This document shows, piece by piece, positions 46,200 to 54,696 of a stretch of DNA of 54,696 nt (position 1 is its first letter; every line of letters begins with the position of its first letter). The notes under the pieces were generated by a model, which worked only from the letters and a program-made list of their open reading frames with translations, searched no databases and was not told where the DNA came from. Source of the DNA: a virus. Lineage: Duplodnaviria; Caudoviricetes. Both the position numbers and the translations under genes were made by a program. The stretch spans positions 1-54,696 of the IMG/VR virus record IMGVR_UViG_3300048598_000478; one strand, given 5' to 3'.

Positions 46200-46481
46200 A
46201 TGAAATTCAGGCTCGCTGTCGTTCTGTTCGTTCTTGCCACGGGTGTCGCGCAGGCACAGGAAGCGAAGCCGGACAATCCGGCTGCCGCTGCCGCAATCGA
46301 CGGGGATCGCAAGATCACGCTCACCGTCAACGAGCTGCAGGCGATCATCCGCTCGCAGGTGCAGCTCGCCATGGCGCAATACCTGGCACAGACCGATCTG
46401 GCGGCGGTGACGAAGCAGCTTCCGCAAGCGGCCCAGTCGGCGGCGCCGGCTCCGGCTGAGATGCCAAAACGAAAGCGCTGA
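46200..46481 (+). CDS. Small exported or fibre-chaperone-like protein
   Basis: GAGGAG RBS; signal peptide MKFRLAVVLFVLATGVAQA. Confidence 0.7.
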   Translation: MKFRLAVVLFVLATGVAQAQEAKPDNPAAAAAIDGDRKITLTVNELQAIIRSQVQLAMAQYLAQTDLAAVTKQLPQAAQSAAPAPAEMPKRKR

Positions 46482-46487
46482 AGCCCT

Positions 46488-46682
46488 TCACCGCTTCTGG
46501 AGCAGCGCTCCAAGCGCGGCCAGGGCGGCCTCTGCAAGCTGATGCAGTTGTGGCGTCGCGTCGGGCTCTTCGTCGTTTCCGTTCAGACGCAGATTCGCAT
46601 TGTGGGTGGCGCGGAATTCCCGGATGCGCCGATCCATCGCTTCCGTGACGGCAGCCAGTATCAAGTCACGGGGTTGAACCAT
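46488..46682 (-). CDS. Small reverse-strand hypothetical protein
   Basis: MVQPRDLILAAVTEAMDRRI...ALGALLQKR; convergent with 46200-46481. Confidence 0.45.
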   Translation of the reverse strand: MVQPRDLILAAVTEAMDRRIREFRATHNANLRLNGNDEEPDATPQLHQLAEAALAALGALLQKR

Positions 46683-46845
46683 GCCGGGCCTTTGCTGGCG
46701 CCGGGTTGTAGCGCCAATATCACACAACCATATCGCATCCCATGCCGCCGCCCCTGAGTCAAATTGACTCACCCCGTGATGTTTCAACAGCAATCTGAGG
46801 GCGCCTGGCCCCGGGCAAACCCAAAGACAAACAGGAGAATCCACG

Positions 46846-47265
46846 ATGGCCAGCTATGTCAAATACCAGGATGCGGTCGATCAGTTGAACCGCGGCATCC
46901 ATTCCTTCATCGCGGCCGGGCACACCTTCAAGGCGGCGATCCATACCGACGCGCCGACGGTCGCAACAGACGACGAACTTGCCGACCTGACGCAAATCAG
47001 CGGCACCGGCTACACGTCCGGCGGCGAGGATATCCAGAACGATGGATCTGAAGCGTCGGGCACCTTCACCGCGACCGCGGTGGATGTGGTCTGGACTGCG
47101 GGCGCGGCGGACTGGACCTCAACCGCGCGCTACATCACGACCTATAACGACACGTCGACCGGCGACAAGCTCTGGAATTATTGGGATTACGGCGCGACCT
47201 TCGCGCTCGGAAACGGTGAGACCTTCACACTCGATTTTGGCGCGACCTGGTTCACGATGTCCTGA
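46846..47265 (+). CDS. Putative virion structural protein
   Basis: AGGAG RBS; GTGYTSGG...VVWTA...WDYG.T..L.NGETFTLDF. Confidence 0.75.
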   Translation: MASYVKYQDAVDQLNRGIHSFIAAGHTFKAAIHTDAPTVATDDELADLTQISGTGYTSGGEDIQNDGSEASGTFTATAVDVVWTAGAADWTSTARYITTYNDTSTGDKLWNYWDYGATFALGNGETFTLDFGATWFTMS

Positions 47266-47310
47266 TCGCCGCGCATTCAAAGCATCATCATCATCAGAGG
47301 AAAGCCAGCC

Positions 47311-47538
47311 ATGAAAACTGCTGAGCGCCGCGACCAGATGGTCGCAACGGTAAACGCCACCGCCGCCAAGTGGCCGACATTTGCCGAGATGCCGGAGGTC
47401 GAGACCTTCAAGGCGCAATTCAAGCTTGCGGGCGATCCCGCCAAAAGCAGCGCCTTCTATATCGAGGCCCTGTATGAGCTGTGCTCGCGGGGGACCACCC
47501 CTACCGGTCGCGCCGGCGATTGTGTGGTGGGGGACTGA
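47311..47538 (+). CDS. Hypothetical protein
   Basis: GAGG RBS, 75 aa. Confidence 0.6.
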   Translation: MKTAERRDQMVATVNATAAKWPTFAEMPEVETFKAQFKLAGDPAKSSAFYIEALYELCSRGTTPTGRAGDCVVGD

Positions 47539-47544
47539 CCGCCT

Positions 47545-47820
47545 ATGGCTCACGTTCTCGCTTGTCCGCGCGTCAAGGTCTCCACGCTGGAGGGGCTGAT
47601 CCCGCAGCGCTTCATTGAGGCGCTGGAGCATAATCAGCAAATCTCCTCCTGCTGCCGTCACCCGGAGAACCACGAGATCGAAGCGTGGCATTCCAACGAG
47701 CAGGAAGCCGAAGCAAAGAAAGCCCCGGACATCTATATCTTTCACTGCCCTTGCGGGCGTGCGCATCGGCGCTTCTGCGTCGGCGGCGGGGACGTGCGTC
47801 CGGTGTGGGAGGTCCGCTGA
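47545..47820 (+). CDS. Cys/His-rich hypothetical protein
   Basis: CCRHPENH...HCPCGRAH..FC. Confidence 0.7.
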   Translation: MAHVLACPRVKVSTLEGLIPQRFIEALEHNQQISSCCRHPENHEIEAWHSNEQEAEAKKAPDIYIFHCPCGRAHRRFCVGGGDVRPVWEVR

Positions 47821-48144
47821 ATGTCGAAGGTCGACCGCACGCAGGTCAGCAAGACCGATCTCGGCGACGGGACGGTCATGATCTCGGAGGAGCATTTCCT
47901 CGATGATGGGCGCGTGGAAACCTACATGTTCACGGCACCGGCCGAAGTCGATCAGGAATTGATCGCGCAAAGGCGCGCCGCCGAAATCGACGAGCGTGCA
48001 GCGATTGCGGCGCGTCCGGATGTTCTTCTCGATATGGCCTCGCGCGCGAGAGCAACGGCGGCCTCCTGCATAGCCGAAGCGGAAGCCCTGGAAGCAAAAG
48101 CCAATACCAAGGGGGAGGTCGCCCTTGACGCATCGCTACGTTGA
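47821..48144 (+). CDS. Hypothetical protein
   Basis: GGAGG RBS, 107 aa. Confidence 0.65.
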   Translation: MSKVDRTQVSKTDLGDGTVMISEEHFLDDGRVETYMFTAPAEVDQELIAQRRAAEIDERAAIAARPDVLLDMASRARATAASCIAEAEALEAKANTKGEVALDASLR

Positions 48145-49516
48145 TTCCAACGCGGTCGGCGCGGGGACTGGCGCGGATTGGGCGAATGCTTATACGACGC
48201 TTGCAGCGGCGCTGACGGCGGATGCGGCTGGCGATAATATCTGGGTCGCGCAGGACCATGCGGAGACGCAAGCGTCCGCGATGACGATGACTTCGTCGGG
48301 GACGCCGGCGTCTCCTGTCACGATCATCTGTGCGAATAAGGCTGGCAGCGTTCCGCCGGTGAGGGCGGACTGGCGGACGACGGCGAGCGTGTCGACCACG
48401 GGCGCAAATGCGATCACTATCAACGGGACGTTCTACTGCTACGGCATCGCGTTCAATTCCGGAACCAGCGGCACCAACGTCACGATGAGCCTGACCAATA
48501 CGTCCGGCAACGTGCAGCATTACGATTCCTGCAAGCTCAAGAACGGCACGGCCACCAACCCGAAAATCCTGCTCGGTCCTGCATCCGGCGCCCTTACCAT
48601 CCTCGAAAACACGACGGTTGAGTTTGGCGGCACCAGCGGCGGGCTGGAGGTTGGCGGGGAGCTCATTTGGCGGGACACGCCTTCAGCAATTGCTGGAACG
48701 CCCCCGTCGACTCTGTTCACCAAAGTCTTCCGTGCGAATAATATTAAAGTTTCCTGCGAAGGGCTCGACCTCAGTGCGGTATCCGGCACGCTTGTCGGCG
48801 CCACTTCCACCCCGGATCGCGTGGAGTTCATCGGCTGCGATCTGCACGCCAGCGTGACGGTCGCGGCAACGCCGACCGGCATTGCTGCGGTTGTGGACGC
48901 GATCCGCTGCGATACCGCCAACAATCAGCGCCATGAGCGCATCGGCTACGCCGGCTCGCAATTCCGGGAGACGACGGTCGTTCGTACAGGCGGCGCATCG
49001 GACGGGTCCAACAGCGAAGCCTGGCGCATCGTCACGACCGCCAACAGCGAGCTGCTGTTTCCGTTCAGAGGTATGCCGATTACCATCTTGAACGAAACGG
49101 TGGGGCAGCCGCTCGACATCAAGATGCATGGCATCTGGGGCGGCGGCGCCGTGCCCGACAACGACGAAATCTGGTTCGACGTGGATTATTTCGGCAGCGC
49201 CGGGTCTCCGGTGCTGTCGCGCGCGAGCGGCAGAATGTCGGACCCATTCGGCACGCCTACGGCGCTCGATGCCGACTCGCAGACCTGGGGCGGCGGCACG
49301 ACCGATTTCAGCCAGACCATAACCGTGACACCGCAGCAAAAAGGTCCAATCACGATCTGGCCGAATGCGGCGCTGCCGAGCACGACGTTCTATGTCTGCC
49401 CGAAACCCGACATTACAAATATCGCGATGGACAAGACGTGGATCTCAAGGTTCGCGGGCATGATCGCCCAGTCGGCCGGAAAACACGTCTGGCCCTCGGG
49501 CAATCTGGGAGTGTGA
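48125..49516 (+). CDS. Putative beta-helix virion/spike protein
   Basis: YVDS...GAGTG.DWANAYTTL.AA....AGD.IWV, typical N-terminus of right-handed beta-helix proteins. Confidence 0.7.
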   Translation: MTHRYVDSNAVGAGTGADWANAYTTLAAALTADAAGDNIWVAQDHAETQASAMTMTSSGTPASPVTIICANKAGSVPPVRADWRTTASVSTTGANAITINGTFYCYGIAFNSGTSGTNVTMSLTNTSGNVQHYDSCKLKNGTATNPKILLGPASGALTILENTTVEFGGTSGGLEVGGELIWRDTPSAIAGTPPSTLFTKVFRANNIKVSCEGLDLSAVSGTLVGATSTPDRVEFIGCDLHASVTVAATPTGIAAVVDAIRCDTANNQRHERIGYAGSQFRETTVVRTGGASDGSNSEAWRIVTTANSELLFPFRGMPITILNETVGQPLDIKMHGIWGGGAVPDNDEIWFDVDYFGSAGSPVLSRASGRMSDPFGTPTALDADSQTWGGGTTDFSQTITVTPQQKGPITIWPNAALPSTTFYVCPKPDITNIAMDKTWISRFAGMIAQSAGKHVWPSGNLGV

Positions 49517-49519
49517 ATC

Positions 49520-49834
49520 ATGGCTGCGCCCTATAACCCTCCCAAGAAGAACGAGGACTTCGTTATCTATATCAGTCTGTCCGATATGGCGGCGCTCGGT
49601 TCGCTCAAGGCCAACCCCACCATCGCATCTGGCGACTTCAAGATCAGCAAGGATGGCGGCGCGTTTGCGAACCTCGCGACGCTCCCAACGGTTGAGCCGG
49701 CGAGCGGCGTGGGCGTGAAGGTTCCGCTCTCGTCCACCGAAATGAATTGCGACAACGTGTTCATCACCTGGGTCGATCAGACGACTCCGAAGGAATGGGC
49801 TGACGGGTGGATCAGCATCCCGACCACGCAATAG
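49520..49834 (+). CDS. Putative structural protein
   Basis: NPTIASGDFKISKDGGAFANL...LSSTEMN.D. Confidence 0.7.
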   Translation: MAAPYNPPKKNEDFVIYISLSDMAALGSLKANPTIASGDFKISKDGGAFANLATLPTVEPASGVGVKVPLSSTEMNCDNVFITWVDQTTPKEWADGWISIPTTQ

Positions 49835-49845
49835 GGATGCCGTAG

Positions 49846-50907
49846 ATGTTTCGGGGTCGGATATTCTTCGGAAATGGTTCCGTTGGCGGAGCCATTTCGA
49901 TTGCGGCGGATGCGGGCTCCTATTCAATTTCCGGGACGGCCGCAGCGCTCAAGCGCGGCTATCTGATCGGAGCCGGTGCCGGCTCCTATGCGATCAGCGG
50001 CACCGATGCTGGCCTCAGATACGGACGCAAGGTTGCGGCGGCGGCTGGCTCCTATGCGGTCACAGGAACGGACGCGAGCTTTGTCCGAAGTTACAAAGCC
50101 GCAGCGGAGGCGGGCTCCTACTCGATTACAGGGACGGACGCTGGCCTTGAGCGTGGCTATGAAATCGCGGCGGATGCGGGCTCCTACAGCATCACGGGTG
50201 CTGCCGCCACCCTGAAGCATAGCTGGCGCGTCGCCGCGGATGCCGGCAGCTATTCAATCACCGGGACCGACGCCAGTCTCGAGCGAGGTTACAAGCTATC
50301 GGGTGAGGCTGGTTCCTATTCCATCGCCGGATCCGACGCCGGACTTGCTGTCACGGCTGCGGGGTCGTTCACGCTATCCGCGGATGCTGGTTCCTATTCG
50401 ATCGCGGGGACCGCAGCCACCTTGAAGGTGGCATGGCGTGTCGGCGCCTCCGCCGGCAGTTATGCGATAAGCGGCAGCGATGCGACGCTTACAAAACAGG
50501 CCGCAGAAGCGCTCACGCTTGCTGCTGACGCGGGCTCCTATGCGATCTCGGGCGCCGCTGCGTCTCTCAAGGCCACCCGCCATCTCAGCGCGGAGGCGGG
50601 CTCCTATGCGATAGGCGGATCGGGTTCTAGCCTGCTCCGCCTCCGCAAGCTCATCGCGGAATCTGAAATCTACGTCATCACCGGCGCGGATGCGTCGCTG
50701 CGCCTGCAGCGGAAGCTGTCGGCGGATGCCGGCTCCTACCAGATTGATGGCCAGGCGGTTGCTCTGACTTGGTCCGGTACAACGCCGATCGTCGACATGA
50801 CCGTCACGCTTGCGGCATTCGAGGGGTCCATCACGCTTGCGGCATCGGAAGGGTCGGTGTCGAAGGCGGCTTATGAAGCAACTTTTGTTCTCGACGCCGT
50901 GGAATAG
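49846..50907 (+). CDS. Repeat protein (about 13 x 22 aa)
   Basis: Recurrent AxAGSYxIxGxxAxL. Confidence 0.8.
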   Translation: MFRGRIFFGNGSVGGAISIAADAGSYSISGTAAALKRGYLIGAGAGSYAISGTDAGLRYGRKVAAAAGSYAVTGTDASFVRSYKAAAEAGSYSITGTDAGLERGYEIAADAGSYSITGAAATLKHSWRVAADAGSYSITGTDASLERGYKLSGEAGSYSIAGSDAGLAVTAAGSFTLSADAGSYSIAGTAATLKVAWRVGASAGSYAISGSDATLTKQAAEALTLAADAGSYAISGAAASLKATRHLSAEAGSYAIGGSGSSLLRLRKLIAESEIYVITGADASLRLQRKLSADAGSYQIDGQAVALTWSGTTPIVDMTVTLAAFEGSITLAASEGSVSKAAYEATFVLDAVE

Positions 50908-50918
50908 GGGCATCCGAT

Positions 50919-51227
50919 ATGCAGCAATTCACGCGCGGCGCTACCGTGCGCATCCGGGTGCAATTCCGCGACGCGGACGGCAATGTGGTCTCCCCATCCG
51001 CCGCGAATGTCTATCTCAGCTATCTCGTTGGCCTTGCTCGAACCCCGCTGGAGGCGGCGCTGGTGTCTTCGGGTGGCTATTGGGTTTACGAATGGGATAG
51101 CCGGGACGCCTCTGCGGGTGTCGTGTTCGGACATGCCCGCACGGTCGATCCAGCCCCGATTTGTGCGGTGAACTTCGAATTCAGGCTTCTTTCGAACACG
51201 CCGAATAACACCGCCGCCGACGACTGA
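50919..51227 (+). CDS. Hypothetical beta-sandwich protein
   Basis: GATVRIRVQFRDADG. Confidence 0.65.
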   Translation: MQQFTRGATVRIRVQFRDADGNVVSPSAANVYLSYLVGLARTPLEAALVSSGGYWVYEWDSRDASAGVVFGHARTVDPAPICAVNFEFRLLSNTPNNTAADD

Positions 51228-51261
51228 CCGCGTAGCCCTTCCACAATCCCATAGGTGAATC

Positions 51262-51711
51262 ATGCTGCGAGCGATTCTCGCCGCGCTCTTTGTGTGCGTG
51301 GCCTCTCCCGCTTTTGCCTTTCTGCAAGGGCCTTGGAATGTCGCCGCGCAACACGGCACGATCAAGGGCTATGCGAAAGCATCGTCTTCGCGATCCTGTC
51401 TGACGGCGGATACCCGTGCGGTGCTGGCAAGGCTCGAGGCGAGAGTAGGAGCGGTGTCCATCGTCTCGACCTGCCGGCCGGGCGCGACCATTGCGGGGAC
51501 GGGAAGGCCATCCTTCCATCGCTACGGCAAGGCGGTGGATTTCAACACGCGGAAGAAAGCTGCGGCGATTTCCTTCCTGCGAACGCAAGGGGTCTTCGTC
51601 ATGACCTATTGCGGCATGAGCCATGTGCATTTCAACACCGGGCAGGTGGGGACATCGTTCTGCGGTGCACGTCATGCCTATGCATTGGCGCGAAAGAGGG
51701 GGCGGCGATGA
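51262..51711 (+). CDS. Exported peptidase M15-like protein
   Basis: Signal peptide; STCR, S.H..GKAVDF, HVH zinc ligands. Confidence 0.8.
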   Translation: MLRAILAALFVCVASPAFAFLQGPWNVAAQHGTIKGYAKASSSRSCLTADTRAVLARLEARVGAVSIVSTCRPGATIAGTGRPSFHRYGKAVDFNTRKKAAAISFLRTQGVFVMTYCGMSHVHFNTGQVGTSFCGARHAYALARKRGRR

Positions 51712-51896
51712 TTATTCGAGTAGCTGTCTTGGCCGCCGTGATCCTCGCAAGCCTGGTGTTCTTTTTGGGGCCGTCGATGATGAGCACCGCTCTCTGGATC
51801 GTCGGCATCATCATCGGCATCCCGACGCTGATCCTGCTCGGATGGATCGCCATCATCTATCTGTCGGCGCTCGCCAATAAGGGCTGGTTCAGGTGA
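51708..51896 (+). CDS. Small 2-TM protein
   Basis: MIIRVAVLAAVILASLVFFLG...IAIIYLSALANKGWFR. Confidence 0.6.
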   Translation: MIIRVAVLAAVILASLVFFLGPSMMSTALWIVGIIIGIPTLILLGWIAIIYLSALANKGWFR

Positions 51897-51903
51897 GGGT
51901 GCC

Positions 51904-52275
51904 GTGATCCGCGCCGCATTATGGATCGCTGCGGCCCTGGTCGTTTCGCTGCTCGCGATTGTGCGGCTTGTCGTCGGCGACGCCTGGGGCGACGGCTACC
52001 AGCACCATTCCAATCCATGGCTGTTGTCGTGGATCCCGGCGACCCGCTGCGTCACCAACGATTGCTGCTGGGAAGTCTCGGAGCGTGAACTGATCTCGCT
52101 CCCTGATGATGAATGGCAGGTGAGATCGACCGGCCAGGTGCGCAAGCGCACGGCGTATTCTCCGGACGGCAAGTTCTATCGCTGCGCCTGCGATTACGAC
52201 AATGCCGGCAAGGTCTGGAACCGGCATCAGGGCGCCAACACGCGCTGCATTTTCGTGCCGATGCAGCTGTTCTGA
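51904..52275 (+). CDS. Cys-rich exported protein
   Basis: N-terminal TM; CVTNDCC, SPDG...RC, TRCIFVP. Confidence 0.7.
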   Translation: MIRAALWIAAALVVSLLAIVRLVVGDAWGDGYQHHSNPWLLSWIPATRCVTNDCCWEVSERELISLPDDEWQVRSTGQVRKRTAYSPDGKFYRCACDYDNAGKVWNRHQGANTRCIFVPMQLF

Positions 52276-52292
52276 AATCAAGGATCATCGCC

Positions 52293-53159
52293 ATGTCGAT
52301 TGTTGCGCATATCAACGCGCTGCGGCGCCCCGTTGTCGAACTGGGCGCGCGCGGCCCCATCGTCACCGATATCCAGAAAGCCCTCATCAGGGGCGGCTAT
52401 TACAAGTTCAAGCTGGACGACAAATACGGCATCAAGACCGACGCTGCAGTCCGCGCTTTTCAGCTCGACAACCATGTCTCGGTCGATGGTGATGTCGGCT
52501 CGGTCACCGGCAGCTTGCTGGACAAGCTGCTCGGCGTCGAGACCTCCATCACGATTCCGGTCGCGCGCGCGTCCGGGGTGTTGCAAACCTTCCCGTACCA
52601 GAATGAATACACAATCCTTTGGCAGTCGATCGCGCTGAAGCAGAGCCGCATCAAGGAAATCGACCGGGTGATCGCCAAGCTTCGCGACTTGGCGCGGTGG
52701 AAGGAATATCTCCGCCTGTTCGAAGCGACAGGCGTGCCGCCGCAGGTCACAGCGGTGATCCATGAGCGCGAGTGCGGCGCCAATCTCAAGGGCGTCCTGC
52801 ACAACGGAGAGCTGATCGTCGGCACCGGCCGCAAGACGAAACTGGTGCCGGCTGGCAGGGGGCCGTTCGCAACCTTCCATGCCGCCGGCCTCGACGCCTA
52901 CCGGAAGGAAGGCCTCGACACCTTCGACTGGCATGCCGGCGGGCCGGCGCGTTGCGCCTATGCCTTGGAGAAATTCAACGGCTTCGGCTATCGCAAGCAG
53001 GGGATCAAGTCGCCTTATCTGTGGGCGGCAACCGATCATTACACGCGCGGCAAATATATCCGCGACGGCGTGTTCAGCGCGACCCATGTCGATACCCAGA
53101 TTGGCGGCATGGCGATCCTGCGCCGGATGATGGACCTCGATGCGTCGCTGAAATTCTGA
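52293..53159 (+). CDS. Endolysin (PG-binding domain plus lysozyme-like domain)
   Basis: DDKYG.KT.AAVRAFQ....VDGDVG; IHEREC, LHNGE, EKFNGFGY, SPYLWA.T.HY..GKY..DG. Confidence 0.88.
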   Translation: MSIVAHINALRRPVVELGARGPIVTDIQKALIRGGYYKFKLDDKYGIKTDAAVRAFQLDNHVSVDGDVGSVTGSLLDKLLGVETSITIPVARASGVLQTFPYQNEYTILWQSIALKQSRIKEIDRVIAKLRDLARWKEYLRLFEATGVPPQVTAVIHERECGANLKGVLHNGELIVGTGRKTKLVPAGRGPFATFHAAGLDAYRKEGLDTFDWHAGGPARCAYALEKFNGFGYRKQGIKSPYLWAATDHYTRGKYIRDGVFSATHVDTQIGGMAILRRMMDLDASLKF

Positions 53160-53190
53160 TGTGTCTTTCTCGAAATCACGGAGAACCGAT

Positions 53191-53700
53191 ATGGCAACGA
53201 CACCCAGCAAGGTGACGATCATCTTTGTGCGCGGCCTGTTCGGCTGGATTTATTCGCGCGGCATGGACACCCTTGCCGGGAAGTTTCGGGCGCGCGGTTA
53301 CAATACGCAGGTCTGGAATCATTCGACGCTGTTCATCACGTTTTTCGGCAACACGAATGCGATCATCGCGGAGGTCCGCCGTCTCTCCAATGCGGGCCAG
53401 ACCGTTTTCCTGGTCGGTCATTCGTTCGGCGGCAATACCATCCTGCGGGTGGCGCGCGGTCTTGGACTGAAGGTGAAGGCGCTGTTCGCGGTCGATCCGG
53501 CGCAGCAATACGACTGTTCGGTGCCGGCCAATGTCGAGCTTGCCTTCGGCTTTCGCAACGATGTCGGCGGGCTTGGCAGGGGCAGGTTGACGCCGCAGCG
53601 CCCTGGCATTGTCGATATCCCGCTGTCGGACAATCACGTCTACATCGACGACGATCCGCGCGTTCATAACCGGATCATTGCAGAGATCGCGAAGCTTTAG
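53191..53700 (+). CDS. Small alpha/beta hydrolase
   Basis: IFVRGL oxyanion region, LVGHSFGG nucleophile elbow, VDPA, C-terminal NH..ID. Confidence 0.8.
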   Translation: MATTPSKVTIIFVRGLFGWIYSRGMDTLAGKFRARGYNTQVWNHSTLFITFFGNTNAIIAEVRRLSNAGQTVFLVGHSFGGNTILRVARGLGLKVKALFAVDPAQQYDCSVPANVELAFGFRNDVGGLGRGRLTPQRPGIVDIPLSDNHVYIDDDPRVHNRIIAEIAKL

Positions 53701-53745
53701 TCCCGCGCCGTCCGGGTCCGGCGGCAATCAACGATAGGTGAAACT

Positions 53746-53925
53746 ATGAACTCAGAACTTCTGGAGCGACTGCTCCGCACGGCACTGCAGGTCGGCGGCA
53801 CGTTCATGGTCGGTGCGAGCTGGTACAGCGATGCTCGCTGGGGCCTGATCACCGGCGCGGTCATCACCGTTGTCACGACCGGCTGGACGATCTGGGCCGG
53901 CTGGAACGCCCCCAAGAACGTATGA
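53746..53925 (+). CDS. Holin-like 2-TM protein
   Basis: MNSELLERLLRTALQVGGTFMVG...GLITGAVITVVTTGWTIWAGW; below the ORF-track cutoff. Confidence 0.7.
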   Translation: MNSELLERLLRTALQVGGTFMVGASWYSDARWGLITGAVITVVTTGWTIWAGWNAPKNV

Positions 53926-54152
53926 CCTGGCTGCAGGCCATTGTTGCGCTGCTCGGCGTCATCCGCGATTTCTTTCATGCGAAGGAAAACGCGGATGCCC
54001 GGCAGGCCGGCCGTGACGAAGCCAACGCTTCCACGCGCGCCCAGAACGATGAGCGCGTGAAGGAAGCGGGCGAAGCCGAGATCGAAGCCGACAAGGATCA
54101 CAAGACCATGCCGGGCGATGAGGCGTTCGATACCGAGTTTCGGAGGGATTGA
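53922..54152 (+). CDS. Inner-membrane spanin-like protein
   Basis: N-terminal hydrophobic anchor plus charged helical tail, in the lysis cassette. Confidence 0.6.
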   Translation: MTWLQAIVALLGVIRDFFHAKENADARQAGRDEANASTRAQNDERVKEAGEAEIEADKDHKTMPGDEAFDTEFRRD

Positions 54153-54337
54153 TGCTGACCTGCAAGGGCTGGGCGTTCGTCTATGTAGCGATCACCTGCC
54201 AGCCGGCGGGGGCGCCGCCGGACACCTATTGCAGCATCGCAAAGCCGATCTATTGGTCTGGCACGGACAGCCGCGTCACCAAGGAACAGGTTGATCGTCA
54301 TAACCGCGTTTGGAAGAAATTATGCGGGGCGCGCTGA
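54149..54337 (+). CDS. Outer-membrane spanin-like protein
   Basis: DTYC.IAKPIYWS..D...T..QV..HN.VW..LC. Confidence 0.6.
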   Translation: MMLTCKGWAFVYVAITCQPAGAPPDTYCSIAKPIYWSGTDSRVTKEQVDRHNRVWKKLCGAR

Positions 54338-54696
54338 ACGTGGAACACATCGGCACCATTCTGACGATTGCGGGCTTCATCCTGAATCTGATCGTGATCG
54401 TTGTCGGCGGGACATGGAAGCTTTCGCAGGTCGAAGGCTCGCTGCGCAAAGCGATCGAGGAATCGAGAAAGGAGATCGACGATCGGATCGATCTTCAAAG
54501 CCGCGAGTTTGGCGAGACGGTCGCCGCGCTTCGGCAAAAGATGCATGAAGTCGAGCTATGGGCGCGCGACACCTTCATGCGCCGGGACGGCTTCTACAAG
54601 ATCAAGGACGAGGTGACCGGCGCTTTGAAAGAAGTGAGGGACGAACTCAAAACCGACCTTCGCCGGCTCGAAGAAAAGATCGACACCAAGACCTGA
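54310..54696 (+). CDS. Single-TM coiled-coil protein
   Basis: TM ILTIAGFILNLIVIVVGG then heptad-rich region; start uncertain. Confidence 0.7.
   Translation: MEEIMRGALNVEHIGTILTIAGFILNLIVIVVGGTWKLSQVEGSLRKAIEESRKEIDDRIDLQSREFGETVAALRQKMHEVELWARDTFMRRDGFYKIKDEVTGALKEVRDELKTDLRRLEEKIDTKT

Larger units (their letters stand above)
684..54696. mobile_element. Prophage (siphovirus-like, HK97-type head), right end not in window
   Basis: Integrase at tRNA, CI/Cro, replication, terminase, capsid, portal, tape measure, tail and lysis genes in lambdoid layout. Confidence 0.97.

Noticed and set aside
42527-50907. Diversity-generating retroelement or tail-fibre invertase system
   Set aside because: No reverse transcriptase, invertase or TR/VR repeat pair seen
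51255-51896. 213-aa ORF
   Set aside because: Better explained by the M15 peptidase (51262-51711) plus a separate 62-aa membrane protein starting at 51708
54337-54696. attR
   Set aside because: No second copy of the tRNA-Trp 3' end was seen; the prophage extends beyond the window

Overview
Almost the whole window is a temperate, long-tailed (HK97-like head) prophage in a GC-rich, probably Rhizobiales-like alphaproteobacterium (host inferred from a GapR homologue and DUF2793/DUF3168 tail genes). It is integrated at the 3' end of tRNA-Trp(CCA) (607-683). The layout is integrase/excisionase, a leftward early operon (10861 to 758), a CI/Cro switch with ATAAC-N4-GTTAT operators, and a rightward early operon (tRNA-Thr plus tRNA-like RNAs, beta-clamp, GapR, three adenine MTases, replication genes, NusG paralogue). 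The HNH/cos/terminase, head, tail and lysis genes follow. No attR is visible, so the prophage continues past the right edge. The most striking observation is two independent, oppositely oriented IS1595-family insertions (4699-6572 and 7040-8910), each with its own 8-bp target duplication. They share transposase, TIRs, promoter and leader hairpin, but carry two completely different phage-like passenger genes. The passengers are joined by identical STOP-RCC-ATG junctions, the total lengths are almost identical (1874 vs 1871 bp), and an open antisense frame crosses nearly the whole of each element. A second candidate novelty is an array of tRNA-like RNAs punctuated by a 19-nt repeat (13220-13690). 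All family assignments come from motif recognition by eye; no database searches were run.
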